Origin: Macrostomum lignano
Taxonomy: Eukaryota
Assembly: GCA_002269645.1 (NCBI GenBank)
Contig: NIVC01003338.1
Coordinates: 1-32,357 of the forward strand
DNA length: 32,357 nt
Reading direction: 5' to 3'
Under the pieces are notes generated by a model. It did no database searches. It was not told the DNA's origin and was given only the letters and a program-made list of their open reading frames with translations. How positions within the stretch are numbered: the stretch's first letter is position 1; the number at the start of each line of letters is the position of its first letter. Made by a program: the position numbers and the translations under genes. Below, one piece after another: positions 22,628 through 32,357 of this stretch.

Positions 22628-25219
22628 ATGGCTTCCAACCAGCCATTTGATGCCCTGATAATTGGCGCTGGAATTTCCGGCCTGGTGGCAGCTGTCCGCC
22701 TGCTGGAGTCGCGGCCAGCGGCCCGCCTGTTAGTGCTGGAGGCCAAGGACCGGGTGGGCGGCCGGACCCTGAGCACCGCCTTGCCTAGCAGTGGCAGCGG
22801 CGGCACAGACTGGTGGGACCTGGGCGGGCAGTGGGTCGGCGACTGCCAGCCTCGGGTGTGCCAGCTGGCCGAGGAACTGGGCATCAGCCGCTACCAGCAG
22901 TTCAATGAGGTGCTACTTGGCTGTTCGCATTTGAGAATTCTTCTAATCTTTGTCTTTGATAATCTAGGATGATGAGATCTCAGATGTGTCAAATTGGAGG
23001 AAATGGCGCTAATGAGATCTCAGATGTTTCAAATTGGAGGAAATGGCGCTAATGAGATCTCAGATGTGTCAAATTGGAGGAAATGGCGCTAATGAGATCT
23101 CAGATGTGTCAAATTGGAGGAAATGGCGCTAATGAGATCTCAGATGTGTCAAATTGGAGGAAATGGCGCTAATGAGATCTCAGATGTGTCAAATTGGAGG
23201 AAATGGCGCTAATGAGATCTCAGATGTGTCAAATTGGAGGAAATGGCGCTAATGAGATCTCAGATGTGTCAAATTGGAGGAAATGGCGCTAATGAGATCT
23301 CAGATGTGTCAAATTGGAGGAAATGGCGCTAATGAGATCTCAGATGTGTCAAATTGGAGGAAATGGCGCTAATGAGATCTCAGATGTGTCAAATTGGAGG
23401 AAATGGCGCTAATGAGATCTCAGATGTGTCAAATTGGAGGAAATGGCGCTAATGAGATCTCAGATGTGTCAAATTGGAGGAAATGGCGCTAATGAGATCT
23501 CAGATGTGTCAAATTGGAGGAAATGGCGCTAATGAGATCTCAGATGTGTCAAATTGGAGGAAATGGCGCTAATGAGATCTCAGATGTGTCAAATTGGAGG
23601 AAATGGCGCTAATGAGATCTCAGATGTGTCAAATTGGAGGAAATGGCGCTAATGAGATCTCAGATGTGTCAAATTGGAGGAAATGGCGCTAATGAGATCT
23701 CAGATGTGTCAAATTGGAGGAAATGGCGCTAATGAGATCTCAGATGTGTCAAATTGGAGGAAATGGCGCTAATGAGATCTCAGATGTGTCAAATTGGAGG
23801 AAATGGCGCTAATGAGATCTCAGATGTGTCAAATTGGAGGAAATGGCGCTAATGAGATCTCAGATGTGTCAAATTGGAGGAAATGGCGCTAATGAGATCT
23901 CAGATGTGTCAAATTGGAGGAAATGGCGCTAATGAGATCTCAGATGTGTCAAATTGGAGGAAATGGCGCTAATGAGATCTCAGATGTGTCAAATTGGAGG
24001 AAATGGCGCTAATGAGATCTCAGATGTGTCAAATTGGAGGAAATGGCGCTAATGAGATCTCAGAGGTGTCAAATTGGAGTAAATAGCGCTAATGAGATCT
24101 CTGATGTTTCAAATTGGAGGAAATGGCGCTAATGAGATCTCAGAGGCCGCATTGAATCAACAAGCCAATCCCAACAACCAACCGCAGGGCCGCAAGCTGC
24201 TCCAGCTAGCGGACGGCAGGGTGACAAATTACTCGGGTGAGCTGCCCAGCATTGGCCTGCTGGGCAACCTGGACTTGGCGCAGGCAATCTACCGGTTCGA
24301 GTCCCGACTGTCGGTGTCAGGCAGGTCGTCGCTTGTGCCCGAAGCTGCTGGGAGCGAGCCGGCATCGTTGCCGGAGTTGCCGTCGGATCAGGCTAGTGAA
24401 GAGTTCGCCTTGAGCACACTGAGAATGAGAGAGTTTACCTTATTTGGTGTTCAAAAGAAGTATTGGGTTCATGATTCATTGTTTACACTCTAAATATATA
24501 GTAACATATCTGGTATTCATAGTTTTAAATTTACTGCGAGTAAAAAATTAAACTAAAAAATTAACTGCTCAAGTGTCTGTGACCAAGTGTCTGTGACCAA
24601 GTGTCTGTGACCAAGTGTCTGTGACCAAGTGTATGTGACCAAGTGTCTGTGACAAAGTGTCTGTGACCAAGTGTCTGTGACCAAGTGTCTGTGACCAAGT
24701 GTCTGTGACCAAGTGTCTGTGACCAAGTGTCTGTGACCAAGTGTCTGTGACCAAGTGTCTGTGACCAAGTGTCTGTGACCAAGTGTCTGTGACCAAGTGT
24801 CTGTGACCAAGTGTCTGTGACCAAGTGTCTGTGACCAAGTGTCTGTTGCTAAAAATTGACAAATTTGACTTTTCTTTGCAAAATCCTGTTGTAATTTGCA
24901 TTCAATATGCTCATAGGTAAGTAGTCTAAGCACAATGTATGCTTTAAAATTAGATGTTTACACGAAATCTATCCATTAGATAACAATTCTATTTAAAAAA
25001 TGCAACGCCAAATGCCAGGCCATACTGGACGGCCGCACAATGAGCACGGAGGCCGCCGGCCTGTGCTGGACGCGCAACGTCCGCTCGCTGCTGGATTCGA
25101 CGATTCGGATCCTGTTCGGCCAGGAGCCTGCGGCTGTTTCGGCGCTTTACGCGGCCAGAATGTTCCACTCGGTTGGCGACTTCGAGCGACTGATCAGCGA
25201 CATGCCTGACGGTGCTCAG
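22628..25219 (+). CDS. Flavin-containing monoamine oxidase family protein, exons 1-3 (3' part outside the window)
   Basis: Exon 1 22628-22909: FAD-binding IIGAGISGL, VLEAKDRVGGRT, WDLGGQWVG. Exon 2 from 24188: GRKLLQLADGRVTNYSGELPSIGLLGNLDLAQ (3' end uncertain, 24313 or 24391). Exon 3 about 25019-25219: LDGRT..CWT..ILFGQEPAAVSALY..DGAQ followed by a GT donor. Motif order matches MAO-like amine oxidases. Confidence 0.85.
22972..24144. repeat. 40-bp intronic minisatellite x~29
   Basis: (ATGAGATCTCAGATGTGTCAAATTGGAGGAAATGGCGCTA)n fills most of intron 1 (22910-24187); variants occur only at the edges. Confidence 0.98.
24570..24846. repeat. 14-bp intronic tandem repeat x~20
   Basis: (CAAGTGTCTGTGAC)n in intron 2; gives the HRHLVTDTWSQTLG ORFs. 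Confidence 0.97.
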
Positions 25220-25240
25220 GTGCGCTTGTGCGGCTGAAGG

Positions 25241-28200
25241 AGCTGGTGTCTGAGCTGAGATCTCCTACTGAGAGAGCTGGTGTCTGAGCTGAGATCTCCT
25301 ACTGAGAGAGCTGGTGTCTGAGCTGAGATCTCCTACTGAGAGAGCTGGTGTCTGAGCTGAGATCTCCTACTGAGAGAGCTGGTGTCTGAGCTGAGATCTC
25401 CTACTGAGAGAGCTGGTGTCTGAGCTGAGATCTCCTACTGAGAGAGCTGGTGTCTGAGCTGAGATCTCCTACTGAGAGAGCTGGTGTCTGAGCTGAGATC
25501 TCCTACTGAGAGAGCTGGTGTCTGAGCTGAGATCTCCTACTGAGAGAGCTGGTGTCTGAGCTGAGATCTCCTACTGAGAGAGCTGGTGTCTGAGCTGAGA
25601 TCTCCTACTGAGAGAGCTGGTGTCTGAGCTGAGATCTCCTACTGAGAGAGCTGGTGTCTGAGCTGAGATCTCCTACTGAGAGAGCTGGTGTCTGAGCTGA
25701 GATCTCCTACTGAGAGAGCTGGTGTCTGAGCTGAGATCTCCTACTGAGAGAGCTGGTGTCTGAGCTGAGATCTCCTACTGAGAGAGCTGGTGTCTGAGCT
25801 GAGATCTCCTACTGAGAGAGCTGGTGTCTGAGCTGAGATCTCCTACTGAGAGAGCTGGTGTCTGAGCTGAGATTCCTACTGAGAGAGCTGGTGTCTGAGC
25901 TGAGATTCCTACTGAGAGAGCTGGTGTCTGAGCTGAGATCTCCTACTGAGAGAGCTGGTGTCTGAGCTGAGATCTCCTATGAGAGAGCTGGTGTCTGAGC
26001 TGAGATCTCCTACTGAGAGAGCTGGTGTCTGAGCTGAGATCTCCTACTGAGAGAGCTGGTGTCTGAGCTGAGATCTCCTACTGAGAGAGCTGGTGTCTGA
26101 GCTGAGATCTCCTACTGAGAGAGCTGGTGTCTGAGCTGAGATCTCCTACTGAGAGAGCTGGTGTCTGAGCTGAGATCTCCTACTGAGAGAGCTGGTGTCT
26201 GAGCTGAGATCTCCTACTGAGAGAGCTGGTGTCTGAGCTGAGATCTCCTAATGAGAGAGCTGGTGTCTGAGCTGAGATCTCCTACTGAGAGAGCTGGTGT
26301 CTGAGCTGAGATCTCTTACTGAGAGAGCTGGTGTCTGAGCTGAGATCTCTTACTGAGAGAGCTGGTGTCTGAGCTGAGATCTCCTAATGAGAGAGCTGGC
26401 ATCTGAGCTGAGATCTCCTACTGAGAGAGCTGGTGTCTGAGCTGAGATCTCCTACTGAGAGAGCTGGTGTCTGAGCTGAGATCTCCTACTGAGAGAGCTG
26501 GTGTCTGAGCTGAGATCTCCTACTGAGAGAGCTGGTGTCTGAGCTGAGATCTCCTACTGAGAGAGCTGGTGTCTGAGCTGAGATCTCCTACTGAGAGAGC
26601 TGGTGTCTGAGCTGAGATCTCCTACTGAGAGAGCTGGTGTCTGAGCTGAGATCTCCTACTGAGAGAGCTGGTGTCTGAGCTGAGATCTCCTACTGAGAGA
26701 GCTGGTGTCTGAGCTGAGATCTCCTACTGAGAGAGCTGGTGTCTGAGCTGAGATCTCCTACTGAGAGAGCTGGTGTCTGAGCTGAGATCTCCTACTGAGA
26801 GAGCTGGTGTCTGAGCTGAGATCTCCTACTGAGAGAGCTGGTGTCTGAGCTGAGATCTCCTACTGAGAGAGCTGGTGTCTGAGCTGAGATCTCCTACTGA
26901 GAGAGCTGGTGTCTGAGCTGAGATCTCCTACTGAGAGAGCTGGTGTCTGAGCTGAGATCTCCTACTGAGAGAGCTGGTGTCTGAGCTGAGATCTCCTACT
27001 GAGAGAGCTGGTGTCTGAGCTGAGATCTCCTACTGAGAGAGCTGGTGTCTGAGCTGAGATCTCCTACTGAGAGAGCTGGTGTCTGAGCTGAGATCTCCTA
27101 CTGAGAGAGCTGGTGTCTGAGCTGAGATCTCCTAATGAGAGAGCTGGTGTCTGAGCTGAGATCTCCTACTGAGAGAGCTGGTGTCTGAGCTGAGATCTCT
27201 TACTGAGAGAGCTGGTGTCTGAGCTGAGATCTCCTATGAGAGAGCTGGCATCTGAGCTGAGATCTCCTACTGAGAGAGCTGGTGTCTGAGCTGAGATCTC
27301 CTACTGAGAGAGCTGGTGTCTGAGCTGAGATCTCCTACTGAGAGAGCTGGTGTCTGAGCTGAGATCTCCTACTGAGAGAGCTGGTGTCTGAGCTGAGATC
27401 TCCTACTGAGAGAGCTGGTGTCTGAGCTGAGATCTCCTACTGAGAGAGCTGGTGTCTGAGCTGAGATCTCCTACTGAGAGAGCTGGTGTCTGAGCTGAGA
27501 TCTCCTACTGAGAGAGCTGGTGTCTGAGCTGAGATCTCCTACTGAGAGAGCTGGTGTCTGAGCTGAGATCTCCTACTGAGAGAGCTGGTGTCTGAGCTGA
27601 GATCTCCTACTGAGAGAGCTGGTGTCTGAGCTGAGATCTCCTACTGAGAGAGCTGGTGTCTGAGCTGAGATCTCCTACTGAGAGAGCTGGTGTCTGAGCT
27701 GAGATCTCCTACTGAGAGAGCTGGTGTCTGAGCTGAGATCTCCTACTGAGAGAGCTGGTGTCTGAGCTGAGATCTCCTACTGAGAGAGCTGGTGTCTGAG
27801 CTGAGATTTCCTACTGAGAGAGCTGGTGTCTGAGCTGAGATCTCCTACTGAGAGAGCTGGTGTCTGAGCTGAGATCTCCTACTGAGAGAGCTGGTGTCTG
27901 AGCTGAGATCTCCTACTGAGAGAGCTGGTGTCTGAGCTGAGATCTCCTACTGAGAGAGCTGGTGTCTGAGCTGAGATCTCCTACTGAGAGAGCTGGTGTC
28001 TGAGCTGAGATCTCCTACTGAGAGAGCTGGTGTCTGAGCTGAGATCTCCTAATGAGAGAGCTGGTGTCTGAGCTGAGATCTCCTAATGAGAGAGCTGGCA
28101 TCTGAGCTGAGATCTCCTACTGAGAGAGCTGGTGTCTGAGCTGAGATCTCCTACTGAGAGAGCTGGTGTCTGAGCTGAGATCTCCTACTGAGAGAGCTGG

Positions 28201-28838
28201 TGTCTGAGCTGAGATCTCCTACTGAGAGAGCTGGTGTCTGAGCTGAGATCTCCTACTGAGAGAGCTGGTGTCTGAGCTGAGATCTCCTACTGAGAGAGCT
28301 GGTGTCTGAGCTGAGATCTCCTACTGAGAGAGCTGGTGTCTGAGCTGAGATCTCCTACTGAGAGAGCTGGTGTCTGAGCTGAGATCTCCTACTGAGAGAG
28401 CTGGTGTCTGAGCTGAGATCTCCTACTGAGAGAGCTGGTGTCTGAGCTGAGATCTCCTACTGAGAGAGCTGGTGTCTGAGCTGAGATCTCCTACTGAGAG
28501 AGCTGGTGTCTGAGCTGAGATCTCCTACTGAGAGAGCTGGTGTCTGAGCTGAGATCTCCTACTGAGAGAGCTGGTGTCTGAGCTGAGATCTCCTACTGAG
28601 AGAGCTGGTGTCTGAGCTGAGATCTCCTACTGAGAGAGCTGGTGTCTGAGCTGAGATCTCATCGAGAATGCTGATGTCTGAGCTGAGATCTCATCGAGAA
28701 GGCATGTGTCTGAGCTGAGATCTCATCGAGAATGCTGGTGTCTGAGCTGAGATCTCATCGAAAATGCTGATGTCTGAGCTGAGATCTCATCGAGAAGGCA
28801 TGTGTCTGAGCTGAGATCTCATCGGGAATGCTGGTGTC
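25241..28838. repeat. 34-bp intronic minisatellite x~100 with terminal 32-bp variants
   Basis: (AGCTGGTGTCTGAGCTGAGATCTCCTACTGAGAG)n to about 28660, then TGAGCTGAGATCTCATCGAGAATGCTGGTGTC-type units up to the LTR. Confidence 0.98.
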
Positions 28839-29069
28839 TGTGGGGCAGTGTACATCTGCCTCCCTCTCTCTCTCCCTCGCTCACTTGGTCCAGCGCTATC
28901 ACTGCCCCGTACAAGTACGTACAGCCAACCACTCACTTCAATAATTGATTTAGCTCGTATTACGCAACTAGTCATAGCCAAATATAAGCCGGCCCTGCTA
29001 AGTGCAAGCGGCCCTTGAGTTATTCTTCATGCCTGCCTAGCACCATATCGCGGCATTAACTTTTCTACA
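28839..29069 (+). mobile_element. 5' LTR (231 bp) of the Ty3/gypsy element
   Basis: Starts TGTGGGG exactly where the satellite breaks and ends TCTACA; followed by a PBS-like sequence and gag. The second LTR is outside the window. Confidence 0.75.
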
Positions 29070-29070
29070 T

Positions 29071-29082
29071 TGGCGTCGCAAG
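29071..29082 (+). promoter_or_regulatory. Primer binding site-like sequence (TGGCGTCGCAAG)
   Basis: TGG one base after the LTR end and 32 nt before the gag ATG; TGGCG start resembles tRNA-Ser-type PBSs (tRNA identity not established). Confidence 0.6.
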
Positions 29083-29102
29083 CCATCGGACAAACAAGTG
29101 CC

Positions 29103-32100
29103 ATGGCAAACTTTATTTCTCTGCCACCGCCCGAGCCATTCAATCCATCCAGTGACTCTCAAAACTCAAGCAAGCAGTGGGCGGCCTGGTCAAGCAGATT
29201 CGATGACTTCATCGCAGCGTCTGGAATCTCAGAAGAAAAACAAAAGTGCAAGCTGCTCTCCTACACGGGGGCAGAGAGCTAGCCGAGATCATCAGAGAAG
29301 TGCAGGCCAATCACGAAGACACGAAAGGATCGCTGGAGAGGCTTCTGGCCGAACTGACCAACTATTTCAACGACCGAAAAAACCTGGTCTTCGCACGGTA
29401 TCAGTTTCGGCAGTGCACACAACAGCTGGGAGAGACCATAGACAACTGGTACGCTCGGATGAAAGCATCCGCTGACACCTGCGACTTCGGAGAACTTCGA
29501 GATTCCATCATTCGTGATCAGTTGGTCGCCACCTGCCTCTCTGACGCACTTCGTCGCCGACTACTGCGAGAATCTGACATTTCGCTCAGCGACGCTCTCA
29601 AGTGTGCGAGAGCCTACGAAGCTTCAGAAGCGCAAGCAACCGCAATCGAGCAATCGAAGGACTCGACCGTCGCTGCTATCAGCCAGCAAGGCACCACGCA
29701 ACGGCAACGGCATCGGCAACAACAGCCAAACAGAAGAAGTTATTTGGACCGCCCACCACAATCAACAAGTCAATCCCTCACCTGCTACAGATGCGGCGAA
29801 TCCGGCCACAGCAACTGTGAAGCTGCTAGAGGCAAAACTTGCAGCAACTGCGGAAAACCGAACCATTTGGCAAAGGCGTGCCGTCGGGGCAACGCAGGCG
29901 CGGCTCGATATTCGAAAGTGAACTCTGTTTCAACTGAAGAAGCACAAATTCTCTACACCGACGAGAGCATTACTGAGGGCGTCTTCACTCTGCCCGCTGA
30001 CCAGGTGCAGTACCCAGAAGATGTGACAGTGCGAGTCCTGGTTGGAGGTGAGCCTCTAGATATGATGGTAGACAGCGGGGCCAGCTGCAACATCATGAGC
30101 GATGAGACATTCAAGAAGCTCCACGGAGTGCAACTTCTCCATACCAACCGCGTCATCAAGGCGTACGGCGCATCTGCCCCGCTCAACATCAAAGGAATGT
30201 CGCATCTTGTAATCACCGTGGGCAAGAACTGCTGCAAGACGCCGTTCTACGTGATGGAAGGGCGGGGTGCCACATTACTCGGGCGCCAGGCCGCCTTTGA
30301 ACTCGGTTTGCTCGAAATTCGCCGGCCGAAGCAGCTCGCCGACGTCAGCGCTGTCGAAGCAAAACCTTCCGAATGATCCACAACTGAGGACAGTCTTGCA
30401 GAAGCACAAGAATTTCTTCACAGGGCTCGGCTGCGTCAAAGGCGTCGAGGTATCAGTGCGACTCCAAGAAGATGCCATCCCGGCCTGCCATCCACCAGCC
30501 CGAGTTCCGGTCCACCTAAAGACAGCAGTGGAAAAAGAGCTGCAGGGTTTACTGGACTTAGACGTCATCGAGCCGGTAACCGGTCCCACACCGTGGGTGT
30601 CTCGCATGGTCGTTGTACCGAAGTCGTCTGGAGGCGTCAGAATATGCCAAGACCTTCGAGACCTCAACAAATTTGTGATCCCGGAAAAGCAAGCCATACC
30701 CACCTTGACGAGGTCACAGAAGAGATGGCCGGAGCAACCCTATTCAGCGAGCTGGACATCTGCAAAGCATTCTACCAAATACCGGTGGATGAAGAAAGCC
30801 GACACTTGTTCACATTCAGCACCCCCATCGGATTGATGCGGCTAAAGCGACTGAGCATGGGTTTACAAGTGCCTCTGAAATCTTGCAGCGGATCATGTCA
30901 GGAGTGCTCAGCGGCCTCCCCGGAGTCCGGTGGATCCATGATGACGTCATAATATATGCGGACAGTATGCAGCAGCACAATCAGCGCCTTGACGACTGCC
31001 TCACTAGGCTCTCAGAGTGTGGACTCACGGTCAACCCGGAAAAATGCAAGTTCGCCAAAAGTTCCATCAGCTTCCTCGGCGTTACATTATCGGCCAAGGG
31101 CATTTCGGCGCCAGCTGAGAAAATCCAAGCAGTCCAGGATTTTCGACCACCAACCAACGCATCCGAGACTCGGTCCTTCCTGGGACTGGCGAATTATTTG
31201 TCAAAGTTCATCCCGAGCTTCGCCGACCTGACAGCCCCACTGCGCGAGCTAACCAAGAAGTGCAAGCGCTGGGAATGGACGACTCAGCATGCAGAGGCCT
31301 TCAACGCGTTGAAAAGCGCTATCAGCAAGCCAGAAACGCTGGCCTTCTTTGATTGCAATCGGTCCACAGAACTTGTCGTCGATGCTTCACCAATCGGACT
31401 GGGCGCAATTCTCAGCCAGAAGCAACCGAATGGCACCGTCAGGCCCGTCGCCTACGCCAGTCGAACTCTGACTCCAGTTGAGCAGCGCTACTCACAAATA
31501 GAGCGCGAGGCTTTGGCCGTAAAATTCGGCTGCCTTAAGTTCGACTTCTACTTGGCTGGCAATTCGAATTTTACCATCGTCACAGATCACAAGCCTCTGA
31601 TCCCGCTTTTTAAGCCGGGTTCACGGCCGCCGCCGAGAATTGAGCGAATGGCGCTCCGCATCCAACATCTTCAGTTCAAGCTCGAATACCGGCCCGGCGC
31701 ATCGAACCCGTCGGACCTTCTAAGCCGACAGCCGATGCCAACAGATCTGTCTCGTGCTATCGGTGAAACTCTAGACGCCGCCTACATCAACGCAGTGGTC
31801 AAAAGTGCTGTCCCCGCGGTCTATCTCTAAAAGACTTCAAAACAGCTACCGGAAGCGACATGGACATCCAGGCTGCCATCACCGGCATCAAGACGCAGCA
31901 TTGGAACCAGCACAGCAGTACACAGCGAACCTTCAAAGGAATCGAGCACGAGCTATCAGAAAGCGACGGAGTTCTACTCCGCGGTGACTTGATCGTCGTG
32001 CCTTCATCGCTGCGGCGGCAGGTCTTAGCACTGGCACACACTGGACATCTCAGCGCCGAGCGGACACTCCAGCGGCTGCAGACCAAGGTGTGGTGGCCAG

Positions 32101-32357
32101 GGGTTCGAGCCGACTGCGAGGCATTCGTTCAAGCTTGTCTGCCATGTCAGGCCACATCCCACGCTACCTACCATGCGCCGCTGAGGCCTACAAAGATCCC
32201 GGATGGGGCCTGGCTCCTGCTAGGAATGGACTTCTATGGGCCCATCCAAGGACAGATGCTTCTCGTCACGACGGACCTGTTTTCTAAATATCCTGAAATC
32301 AACTACGTCAGCTCAACATCAGCAGCAACAGTTATTCCTCACATACGACAGCTCTTC
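29103..32357 (+). mobile_element. Ty3/gypsy (Mag-like) gag-pol: gag, protease, RT, RNase H, integrase (truncated by window end)
   Basis: Two zinc knuckles (CYRCGESGHSNC, CSNCGKPNHLAKAC), protease MVDSGAS, RT (PWVSRMVVVPK, ICQDLRDLN, LDICKAFYQI, WIHDDVII), RNase H (VDASPIGLGA, YASRTL, EREALAV, TDHKPL), integrase HTGH..CLPC and MDFYGP in frame 31818-32357. Domain order PR-RT-RH-IN; five 1-nt frameshifts. Confidence 0.95.

Noticed and set aside
22972-28838. Regular repeat arrays as possible CRISPR arrays
   Set aside because: Head-to-tail identical units with no unique spacers, no cas genes, and a eukaryotic intronic context.

Overview
Eukaryotic (invertebrate animal-like) repeat-rich DNA with short GT-AG introns; the style resembles a flatworm long-read assembly such as Macrostomum, but that is inference only. 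Host genes: a cluster of three small Ly6/uPAR (three-finger, signal peptide plus GPI-signal) genes (two complete, one partial) and the first three exons of a flavin monoamine-oxidase-family gene whose introns are filled by minisatellites. Mobile DNA: a near-intact Ty3/gypsy (Mag-like) LTR retrotransposon inserted in an intronic satellite and running off the window end, an internally deleted Chapaev-like DDE transposon (RAG1/Transib-type catalytic motifs, CACAG terminus), a 5'-truncated LINE, two LTR remnants, fold-back/MITE-like elements and an unclassified ~590 bp dispersed repeat. Roughly a third of the window is tandem repeat (10, 14, 16, 22, 29, 34, 40 and 46 bp units plus CT/GA tracts), and most long ORFs in the track are artefacts of these. 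Single-base indels at short homopolymer runs recur in several coding regions, so some apparent frameshifts may be consensus errors. No CRISPR, rRNA or tRNA genes were seen. I found no clearly new biological system; the best leads are listed as findings.
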